A stretch of DNA of 64,000 nt, taken from the IMG/VR virus record IMGVR_UViG_3300025392_000232, positions 31,129 through 95,128 of that record; one strand, 5' to 3'. Below, piece by piece: positions 1 through 8,700 of the stretch. Under the pieces are notes generated by a model, which was given only the letters and a program-made list of their open reading frames with translations, was not told where the DNA came from and did no database searches. Position 1 is the stretch's first letter, and each line of letters begins with the position of its first letter. The stretch is from a virus. Taxonomy: Duplodnaviria > Caudoviricetes. The translations under genes were made by a program, and so were the position numbers.

Positions 1-431
1 TTTTTCATCTTGTCCATGTAACCTTTGTAGACATCAAATGCAATTTGTTTAGGCATTGCAATTTCTACAATCCATATAGGTTTGCGGTCCATTAGTCCTT
101 TCTTGCTATTAGGACGAATGTCTTCTGGTGTACGAATCTTGCGTGGCTCGAGCAAATGGCTCTTTTGATAGCTAACTTTACATCCTAGTTCTGTTAATCG
201 CTTGGCAGCCACAGGGTTTGGCATTTTATCTTTGTCCCACATGAATCCTGCTGTGATCCAGTGACGATCAACTTTAGGCCCATAGGCTAGTTCGCCATCT
301 TCCCAGTTTTCATATACATACATATCCATTTCGTCAAGAACTCGTTCAAAGTCCTTTAATACAGCTAGACTGCTGTTATTTTCGTATAGATCCTGTATGT
401 TTTGAATAACGTCTAAAATATCGTGGTGCAT
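1..431 (-). CDS. Phage hypothetical protein, runs off the window edge (MHHDILDVIQNIQDLYENNSSLAVLKDFERVLDEMDMYVYENWEDGELAYGP...)
   Basis: Translated by hand; open from ATG 431 to the window start; TAAATA late-promoter motif upstream at about 457-462. Confidence 0.8.
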   Translation of the reverse strand, partial: MHHDILDVIQNIQDLYENNSSLAVLKDFERVLDEMDMYVYENWEDGELAYGPKVDRHWITAGFMWDKDKMPNPVAAKRLTELGCKVSYQKSHLLEPRKIRTPEDIRPNSKKGLMDRKPIWIVEIAMPKQIAFDVYKGYMDKMK

Positions 432-509
432 GTGTAGTCCTAGGTGATCTTATACTTATTTAGCTGGTTTGAAATCATAACATAACAGTTTATATTTCTA
501 AGTATTCGT

Positions 510-589
510 TAAATAATAGTGTAGGACCTCTGTAGTTATCAGGGCGGTCGCTACAAGTCTTACTTTTTTATAAGAGTAGGAGCAACTAG
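510..589 (+). promoter_or_regulatory. Late promoter (TAAATA 510-515) and structured 5' leader of phoH with an anti-SD alternative fold
   Basis: GTAGGAC(521-527)/GTCTTAC(557-563) and TGTAG/CTACA stems; competing TCTTACTTTT(558-567)/AAGAGTAGGA(572-581) covers the SD. Confidence 0.5.
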
Positions 590-1309
590 ATGAGTAAACA
601 ACGAGTGAAAAAGCGTTTTACATCAGAAGTTAATATCATTGATTTTCAGCCGTATCTTCCGGCAAAAAAGCAACGTGTAACAATTCAGGCACGTAATGCT
701 AATCAGAAACTATATCTCAGTAAATTGTATGCGGAGCAAACTAGCATAGTACTTGCTATTGGCCCAGCCGGTACAGGTAAAACTATGTTGGCCGTACAAC
801 ATGGGATTAAAATGTTTCAGGAAGGAAAAGTTGACAAGATCGTGGTAACAAGACCCGCCGTCTCTGTGGACGAGGATCTAGGATTTTTACCAGGTACATT
901 AAATGAAAAAATGGCGCCATGGACAAGACCTATATTCGACGTTCTTGGAGAATATTACCAACAAAAAGAAATAGCACACATGTTAGAGGAAGGAACTATC
1001 GAAATAAGCCCATTGGCCTACATGCGAGGCCGCACATTCAAAAATGCATACATCGTTGCAGATGAGATGCAAAACGCTACAGTAAATCAAATGAAAATGT
1101 TACTAACTCGCTTAGGCGAAGGAAGTAAAATGGTAGTTACAGGAGATTTAGCTCAGGCAGACCGAGTGAGCGATAACGGTTTAATAAACTTTTGCAACCT
1201 ACTCTCGGAAAAACAAGGACTTCATCATATCGATATTGTTAGATTTGATGCCAAGGACATCGAACGCCATAATGCCGTGAAGGAGGTGCTTGCGGTTTAT
1301 GGAGAATAA
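590..1309 (+). CDS. phoH: PhoH-family ATPase
   Basis: GPAGTGKT Walker A, LGFLPG, YMRGRTF, DEMQN, GDLAQ motifs. Confidence 0.95.
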   Translation: MSKQRVKKRFTSEVNIIDFQPYLPAKKQRVTIQARNANQKLYLSKLYAEQTSIVLAIGPAGTGKTMLAVQHGIKMFQEGKVDKIVVTRPAVSVDEDLGFLPGTLNEKMAPWTRPIFDVLGEYYQQKEIAHMLEEGTIEISPLAYMRGRTFKNAYIVADEMQNATVNQMKMLLTRLGEGSKMVVTGDLAQADRVSDNGLINFCNLLSEKQGLHHIDIVRFDAKDIERHNAVKEVLAVYGE

Positions 1310-1337
1310 AATAGCTGTGCTATTTTAGATAGTCAAC

Positions 1338-1364
1338 AAAAAAGGGCCTTGATGGCCCTTTTTT
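1338..1364. terminator. Bidirectional intrinsic terminator between convergent genes
   Basis: A6-GGGCC-ttgat-GGCCC-T6. Confidence 0.85.
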
Positions 1365-2139
1365 ATTTAAGTCCTAATTCTTTACGAATTTTTGTAGCAC
1401 TAATATCTGTTACGCTTTCGTCAAATAATTCCTCGCCCGATGTGTATCCAACACCACGACCCCAGCCTATATGTATAATGTTAGGAACAATCTGAATTTC
1501 ATATTGTCCTTGATATAATGGATCTAAATCTCGGCGAATAAAATTTTTAACCTTTTCTACTTCAAAAGGATTGCTACCTTGCCACCCTTGTACATCGCGT
1601 ACTTGAATAATAACTTGTCCGGTACGTGCTAGTAATCTTTCAAATAATGCACGGTGTCCATCATGCCACGGTTGCCACCGTCCTAGCATCTGTACAGTTT
1701 CTTTCTTCCAATCAAATACAGGACGTCTACGATTATCTAGAATATGCTCTGCAATGAAGTCCGCCCATTTTTCTGCATCTTGCTCTGTTATACGGAAATC
1801 ATAGACTTCAGGTTCCTGGAACATAGCGTTGGTGTCTGCATATCTACCTTCACGGATAGTATCTACCCAAATAGTCCAATCTGCTTTAAAGTTATTACGC
1901 ATCTCTACTAGCGGTGCAACAAAGTCGCAAATAACAAATTTTGCATGACTATCATCAGCTAGGTTGCGCATACGATGGCTTTGACGAATACGACCTTCGT
2001 GGCTAAAATCCCAATCATTGTATTGTTTACGAACATCATCGGCATTGAACCACATAGCATCTATTTTGTCTGCCAGCAACTTTGCTAATGTAGTTTTACC
2101 AGATCCTGGCAATCCCATGATTAAAATACGTTGTGTCAT
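1363..2139 (-). CDS. Adenylylsulfate kinase-like domain fused to a cytidylyltransferase-like (HxGH) domain
   Basis: GLPGSGKTT, NADDVR, DFSHEGR (CysC-like); C-terminal GRWQPWHDGH and ISATKIR. Confidence 0.8.
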   Translation of the reverse strand: MTQRILIMGLPGSGKTTLAKLLADKIDAMWFNADDVRKQYNDWDFSHEGRIRQSHRMRNLADDSHAKFVICDFVAPLVEMRNNFKADWTIWVDTIREGRYADTNAMFQEPEVYDFRITEQDAEKWADFIAEHILDNRRRPVFDWKKETVQMLGRWQPWHDGHRALFERLLARTGQVIIQVRDVQGWQGSNPFEVEKVKNFIRRDLDPLYQGQYEIQIVPNIIHIGWGRGVGYTSGEELFDESVTDISATKIRKELGLK

Positions 2140-2762
2140 AAATGATCCTTTATTTTACTTTTTATTTCTTCATAATTTGCAGGTTGGGGTGTTTTAAATA
2201 TAGTCGGGTCCGTTAATCGGTCAAAGTCTTCATACCATAAGTCCAAATCTATCTTAGCAGGTATATTATCAACACTATGGTTTCGTACCTTAATAATTTC
2301 AATACATTGTCGTATGTCATTATCATCAATTGGCACTGTTTCTTTTAAAAACTTTTCAACTAATTCAGGAGGGTTAGTATGTACATTATACATCCACATA
2401 TCTCTGCTACGTGCAATATAATTACTTGTAACTTGATCCAGCAAACTACGCCTACGTATCCTAATTTTAAAACTATTAAATTGTAAATCATCGGCAATGT
2501 GCGGATACTGATTTCGTATGCCTTGTATCACACCTGAGTTGAATACATCATATGCCATTGTTTTTACAATATATGTTTTGTTCCTATGTGCATATTTGAT
2601 GAATTCAGTAGGATCGACGTCTCTGCCGAGAGGCTCATTAAAATATTGTAGTTGTTTGAATTTCTTAGATAGTATTTCTCCAATAATACTACAACCAGTG
2701 CGTGGACTGGCATAGATAACAATCGGAAATTTAGAGATGTCTAAATTGGTTAAATCAAACAT
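2136..2762 (-). CDS. Putative sulfotransferase-fold protein
   Basis: SPRTGCS 5'-PSB-like motif, FNEP, RRxxxxQxxS, YED; adjacent to APS kinase. Confidence 0.55.
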   Translation of the reverse strand: MFDLTNLDISKFPIVIYASPRTGCSIIGEILSKKFKQLQYFNEPLGRDVDPTEFIKYAHRNKTYIVKTMAYDVFNSGVIQGIRNQYPHIADDLQFNSFKIRIRRRSLLDQVTSNYIARSRDMWMYNVHTNPPELVEKFLKETVPIDDNDIRQCIEIIKVRNHSVDNIPAKIDLDLWYEDFDRLTDPTIFKTPQPANYEEIKSKIKDHL

Positions 2763-3675
2763 TCAAATGGCTCAAACGAATCAACGTCGCGGCCAGATTA
2801 ATTTCGGGATCACTTACTAGCGTGTGATCTACTAGCCCTTGCTTGATAAGAAGGATAGCATTATCTTGTACTTTGCCTTCTCCAAAGATAGATACATTAT
2901 CATATAGCCAGCGATAAATTTCTTCTATTTCTTCTGGTCTAGCTTGTCCACAAACAAGTTTACGAGCTTCGGTAATTTTGCCGGCTTTAAATAATTGCAC
3001 CATCTCTATTTTGTAATCTGCTTGTCCGGTATCTCCGCGCTCCGGACTATGCAATTTACCATCGAGACTATTCATTTGTACTGTATTAATGCATTTACGC
3101 AAGTCAGGGTATGTTGCTTTAACAAATGTATCTAACGTATCTAGTTCAAATTCAACAGCTTCTGTGATTAAAATCTCTGCCATACGAGCAGTAAATTCTG
3201 TAATGTCTACACGTTCAATATGGAATCCCTGGCAACGACTATGTAGTGCAGGTATGATACGATTAGGATAATTACAAGTGAGAATAAATCGAGCAGTGGT
3301 ATGATATTCTTCCATAACTCCGCGAAGTGCCGCTTGTGCGTTAGGGCTTAGATAGTCCGATTCGTCTAGCAATACTACTTTGAAATCGCCAAACGGAATC
3401 ATTTGCACAAAATTTACAATTTTATCTCTAACATCTTCCACAGAGTTTGTACGACTAGCATTAATTTCTAATACATCTAAGTCATTAATATCCAACTCAT
3501 TAAACAAAATTTTAGCTAGAGTTGTTTTACCAATACCTGCATTACCGCTAAACAATAAGTGCGGAATACTTTTTTGCTTAATCCAATTTTCTACTTGTTC
3601 TTTTTGATGAGAATCTCTAAAAACATATCCATCGATAGTTTTAGGACGATATTTTTCAACCCATAATTCTTTCAT
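2755..3675 (-). CDS. Sliding-clamp loader AAA+ subunit (RFC small subunit / T4 gp44-like)
   Basis: WVEKYRP, GNAGIGKTT, INAS, LDESD, SRC motif. Confidence 0.93.
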   Translation of the reverse strand: MKELWVEKYRPKTIDGYVFRDSHQKEQVENWIKQKSIPHLLFSGNAGIGKTTLAKILFNELDINDLDVLEINASRTNSVEDVRDKIVNFVQMIPFGDFKVVLLDESDYLSPNAQAALRGVMEEYHTTARFILTCNYPNRIIPALHSRCQGFHIERVDITEFTARMAEILITEAVEFELDTLDTFVKATYPDLRKCINTVQMNSLDGKLHSPERGDTGQADYKIEMVQLFKAGKITEARKLVCGQARPEEIEEIYRWLYDNVSIFGEGKVQDNAILLIKQGLVDHTLVSDPEINLAATLIRLSHLNV

Positions 3676-3695
3676 ATGATTCCTTAGTTTTGTAT

Positions 3696-3735
3696 AGTAT
3701 ACAGGTGGAAACAGGACTAGTCAATAGTCCTGTTG
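3696..3735 (-). promoter_or_regulatory. Sigma70-type promoter TTGACT-17-TATACT overlapping a terminator-like hairpin (AACAGGACTA/TAGTCCTGTT)
   Basis: -35 at 3719-3724, -10 at 3696-3701. Confidence 0.7.
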
Positions 3736-3747
3736 CTCGATTAGAAC

Positions 3748-4149
3748 TTATTGTTCGAATGATGGTCTGGCAAATGTTCCAGGATCAAATGTCTGGTGCT
3801 CTACTTTACTGTGGCTACCAAATGTGTTATCGCCGGGATTTTCGTCGGTGACCATTAAGATACCTTTTATATCTGCACGACGGATAACGATCTCGTTACC
3901 ATCTTCGTCTACAACAGTAACACCGCGAGTCCAACGGCCATGTTCTAATAAAATCCATTCGCCGACTTTGACATCTTGTTGTTTTGGCCCGACCGCCCAA
4001 ACTCTTCCCCAACGATGCCTAACACCTTCGCTTTTGCCGTCATCGCTTGGCAATACAATGCCTCCGGCAGATACTCGGACATCAAAATTCATATCCGTTA
4101 CTAGTACATTGTCACGGATTGGTATAATTTTGCCAGTTACTACATTCAT
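3748..4149 (-). CDS. groES: Co-chaperonin GroES/Cpn10
   Basis: IIPIRDNVLV, SAGGIVLP, GRVWAVGP, VKVGE. Confidence 0.85.
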   Translation of the reverse strand: MNVVTGKIIPIRDNVLVTDMNFDVRVSAGGIVLPSDDGKSEGVRHRWGRVWAVGPKQQDVKVGEWILLEHGRWTRGVTVVDEDGNEIVIRRADIKGILMVTDENPGDNTFGSHSKVEHQTFDPGTFARPSFEQ

Positions 4150-4421
4150 TCTTTACCCTCTGGATCCATACTACTAACATCTTTCTTAGCAGGTAGTGCT
4201 AAAGATTCTTGTATTTGATCTGGAACTCCAGCAGTATTAGCTTGTAGTTCTTCACGCTTTTGAATGATCTGTCCACCAGGACCGATTTTATCACCTCGGG
4301 CATTGACCTTCATATTACCTACTGCTAGGGTCATTTCATTTTTGTTGACTAATTTATTTAAATCAACTTCTTTACCGCGGGCGGTGCGATAAACTTGTCT
4401 TTGTTGTTCTTTCATTGCCAT
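4146..4421 (-). CDS. Phage hypothetical protein
   Basis: ORF with GAGGAG SD, coupled to groES. Confidence 0.75.
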   Translation of the reverse strand: MAMKEQQRQVYRTARGKEVDLNKLVNKNEMTLAVGNMKVNARGDKIGPGGQIIQKREELQANTAGVPDQIQESLALPAKKDVSSMDPEGKE

Positions 4422-4447
4422 ATTAATCTCCTCGATTATAATACTAC

Positions 4448-4957
4448 TTATCTCAGGAATTCCTGCCAGTCTAAATTATATTTGACAGAATCCACTTGGT
4501 GTACTCCTAGTAAAAATAGCACAAAACTGGCTACACTGGACCCACGTCCTAAACCCCAAACTATATTATTTTCATTACAAGTATCTACAAAATGTTTACA
4601 CCATTGTAGTAAGGGAATCATTCCACGAGCTTCAAATGCATCTATTTCAGCCTCTACCCGAGCAATTTGCTCTGGAGTTGTACATCTTGCCAAACACCAT
4701 TCTTCTACATCAAAGTCTTTGTACTCTGCAGGCATGAACCAGTCGCTTTGAAGCGCAGAGTCAAAATCTTCGATATCTATTTGATCTAATTGTTCGTTAA
4801 ATTTCTGGAATGTAAATCCAGCAGTTTGCTCCAACTGCTCAATATCTTCAGTATAGTCTACTGTGATGTCTTTGAGGTTGGTTAATTTTCCTTGATAAAG
4901 GATTTTGAATATATCTAACGAATTAAAAATAGGATTACCGAATCGATCTAGGCGCAT
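4448..4957 (-). CDS. Stand-alone fragment of DNA polymerase III alpha (DnaE)
   Basis: WGLGRGSSVASFVLFLLGVHQVDSVKYNLDWQEFL matches the DnaE GxGRGS...ERFL segment. Confidence 0.8.
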   Translation of the reverse strand: MRLDRFGNPIFNSLDIFKILYQGKLTNLKDITVDYTEDIEQLEQTAGFTFQKFNEQLDQIDIEDFDSALQSDWFMPAEYKDFDVEEWCLARCTTPEQIARVEAEIDAFEARGMIPLLQWCKHFVDTCNENNIVWGLGRGSSVASFVLFLLGVHQVDSVKYNLDWQEFLR

Positions 4958-4967
4958 AGCCTATAGT

Positions 4968-5192
4968 TTAGTTGACTTTAACTAATTTGTCAAGGTTTTT
5001 ATTGTCCATTAATTTCTTCAAAGCCGCATTTCTTCGATTGGACAATTCTTCTTTGTAGCTGTCTAGTAACCCTGCAATCTGATCTCTTACTAGAAAATTA
5101 CTAGTCATAAAGTATTTTTTGGATAAGTCGCCGATTTTTAGTTCAAGCTCGGCGTCCTTGATTTGACTCAAATCACCTGCTAGCGGATGCAT
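4968..5192 (-). CDS. Hypothetical protein
   Basis: Operon-coupled ORF. Confidence 0.7.
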   Translation of the reverse strand: MHPLAGDLSQIKDAELELKIGDLSKKYFMTSNFLVRDQIAGLLDSYKEELSNRRNAALKKLMDNKNLDKLVKVN

Positions 5193-5785
5193 TAATATTC
5201 ACCTATGTTTTTAAGATATACAGTAGCACCTGCATTTACAGTCCATGCTTCGATAACTTCAATTTTTCCATTAGCTACTGATACAGTTGGAGGAGTTGTT
5301 CCGCCCGACCAACCAGTTGCAGTTCTGAATGTTCCGCCACCCGATGTTGCTAGCGTAGTAGTGTATGTACTAATTCCTCCTACTAACAAAATTTTAACAA
5401 CCGCGTATTGATTATTAGCAGGCCAATTGGTAAATGTTAGTACAGCATTGCCTCCAAGTGTAACTTGTTGGATAGGACCATTATTTAAATCAATGTTTGT
5501 GCTGGCCGCAACAGTTCCATTATTAAAGAATTTACCGTTAAATTGATAATAAATTCCGTTATGTAGCGTAGTACTTAACAAGTCGGTAGTACCAGAAAAT
5601 GTGTCATCATTTCCAAAACTAGCAACTCTTATAGCATTAGCCTGTAGAGTAGTAATTTCTGTTTGTGCAGATGCCAGTGCGGATTGGATAGCTGTGAAAT
5701 TATCACGGAATCCTTGGCTGTCGTTATCTTGCCCTGCTACCGGGTAAGTTGTACTAATTGTAGAGGGGTTTATCAAACTTGTCAT
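5192..5785 (-). CDS. Putative virion structural protein
   Basis: YPVAGQDNDSQGFRDNF N-terminus, coiled coil, T/G/N-rich beta region; lies in the tail operon. Confidence 0.65.
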   Translation of the reverse strand: MTSLINPSTISTTYPVAGQDNDSQGFRDNFTAIQSALASAQTEITTLQANAIRVASFGNDDTFSGTTDLLSTTLHNGIYYQFNGKFFNNGTVAASTNIDLNNGPIQQVTLGGNAVLTFTNWPANNQYAVVKILLVGGISTYTTTLATSGGGTFRTATGWSGGTTPPTVSVANGKIEVIEAWTVNAGATVYLKNIGEY

Positions 5786-8700
5786 ACTGTTATCCTATCG
5801 TTTTTGAATACTAGGTATTTATCGCCTAGATATCCGGTTACACTGTCTATTATGAATCTATCTACTGTATAGTCTAGGGCTTTAAAATCAAACCCACTAA
5901 ATTTAATATTCAGTAAAATAGTATCGGCTGTTCCTGGTTTACAAAAGCACAGCGGTACACTTAATATATACCCTAATTGTTCTTTATTTCCTTTTGGAAT
6001 ACTACGCATCCAAAGGGGTAGATAATTGCGTTCTGTTATTCCTACAGCGTTTAATCTATCTTGCCAATTAGATATACTATTGGGAAAATATGTATCCGGA
6101 TTAGGATTACTAGCTTCGTAGCCAGTACTATCTACAGTGATTTGAGGTAAATCTCTATGGCTATCTGGAGCATCAATAGTTAAGTTAGCAGAATCTACTG
6201 TCCAATAATTTACACTATTGTCTACAGTAATTGTATCAGATTCTGTTCCTGGAGTGTATACAATTTTTTGTGGGCGGCGTTTGCCGTTAGATTCGGTAGG
6301 ATCTATCATTTGAATGTATATAACTTCATAAACAGTGGCGCCGCTAATTGGATCTACAGCTAATGCTTTCTTTATACTGCCAAACTGGAAACGTTTCTTT
6401 TTATGATTTAGTCCCATTGCTCCTATATAGGCTGCCGCTGACTGTGTTTGGATTCCTGCATAGACTAACATTTTTAAATCAGATTGTAATCCAAAGTTTG
6501 GATCATTAGTTCTATAGATACTGGTACTTGGAAAGATGCTACTATTATTAATAAATGATTTCCACAGATCTCTTTGATCCGATTTTAAATATGGACGAGT
6601 TATTATATTACTGTATGCTACCGCATTTGGTGTATTAACAGTAATACTAAATTCTTGGGTAAGCGCACTGTAATTGTATTGATCTCTTGCTAGTACTGTA
6701 AATTTAAACACACGATCTATGCTAGTTGTGTTTACATCAAAAGTTACTCTTCCGCCGTCGAATGTTGTTAACCCTGGATTGCCAGTGGCAGGATCAAAGT
6801 ACTGGCGAGTAGTACCAATAATTTCTCCGTCTAGATTTAAAGTCAATCCGGGTGGCAATCTTCCTGACTGCAATTGATATAACATTACTGCATCTGGCAC
6901 AGTAGTCGTTGCACTAATAGATAACGTACTAATATAGTTTGCAGGAATAGTTCCTAAATTGCCAGGAGTATTCCAGGAGATAACACTATCGACATCTCCT
7001 ACAACAGACATAGTAAATGTTCTACTAGAGTTTAGATACTCTTTAACATTGTCGCCTAATCTTGTAGCAGTGATTGTAAAGGTATAGTTGGTTGTAACTG
7101 CTGGCTGGTAAGGTAACTGCCCATATACATCTCCAGTTCCAGCATCAAAACTCAATCCTTCTGGCAATTGACTTAACGACCCAATATAGAATGGAATACC
7201 ATTAGGTATTGGCAGTTGCAATACTTTGTTTAATGTTAGTCTGTATCTACTATTAACTAGTGTTTCTACGCCAACAATTTCATATATTAATTCAGTAGCG
7301 CCGTCTACGTAGTTGTCAAAGGTAAAGTATTGACCAACAGCCAATGTACCTTTTACATTGCCAACTGTAACTTGATTACCACCGCATAACAATGTAGTTG
7401 CATAACTTGTTCCTAATGCACCTTTAGAAAGTGTGATTGTCGATATTGTTTTAGCAACAATAGTAGTGCCTGATGCAATATTTGTACCACTTACTAGTTG
7501 TCCAACAACTAAAGAGTTTGCATTTGAAACATTAGATACTGTTGTACTATTAGCAACGAGATCTCCGCTAAAAGCTAACCCTGTAAAGTTATCAGTATTG
7601 TTAACTTGATATGTTACAGCATATACTTCTTCATTAGTTGTTTCTAATCTAAATAGTACATCCAGTGTGTCATATAGTGCAACTGGAATAGTTAGATAAT
7701 TATTAGCTCTAAATGTTCCTAAATGACTGTTTGTAATCCATACAGGAGCTCGTAAATAAGTAGCATCGCTACTAAATCCATCTGCCACTCCATTAAAGCT
7801 AGTGTTGTCAGCACGGAATTGATCAGTACCTACTACAAATATTTTAAATATTCTTTGTGCATAGTTTACACCATCAGTCAATGTAACTCTAAACTGATAG
7901 TTTACATTGAGTGTAGTCGGCGGTGCCTGTGTACGGTTAAAGTCAAAGAATACATCATCGTACTGATAGCTGTCGTAACCGTCAGTAGGAGTCTTACCAA
8001 AGTCAAATGCTACCGCATCGTAATATGCATCATCATATGTACCGTTGCCGTCTTTAGGTGTAATTTTAACAGTAGGCTGAATAAATCCGCTTAACAATCC
8101 GTCAGGACTTAATGTAATACCGGCAGGTAACGCACCATCTTCGCTAGCGATAAAATAAGTCAATTTTTGTCCGACTGCGGTGTTTAGATCAAAAGACTCG
8201 ATTTGGTAGCTGACATAAGTTTGATCTAATACATATAATTGTTGTCCAGGCCCAATTGGTAAGTAGCCCTCTCCAGTAACAAAGTTTGGAAAATTTTGTC
8301 CAGAAACTGTGATAAAAAATGCTCTGTCGCTAACACTAGATCCTTGGTTAGCACGTATACAAAAATTATAAGTTGTATTATTAGATACAATATAAGGATT
8401 ACCTTGAATCCTTGGCCCATGAAGATGTAATCCTGGCGGCAATTCTCCACTAATAACTTGCAATCCTAAATTAAATGTATCGGCATACAGACCAGCAGTT
8501 CTTGCGGTTACACTATTAACATTGCCTGCTAATAAATCTGCACGTTCGACAGCAACAAACGCATCGGCTTGCATGTGAACAGTATCGGTATTACGCAAAA
8601 TTATATCTGATAATGTACTAGATCTTAGCCATGCTAGATCAGTAGGAGCCCACGGTAAATTTTCAAACCATTGTTGATCACCGTCTCTCACATTTAACAT

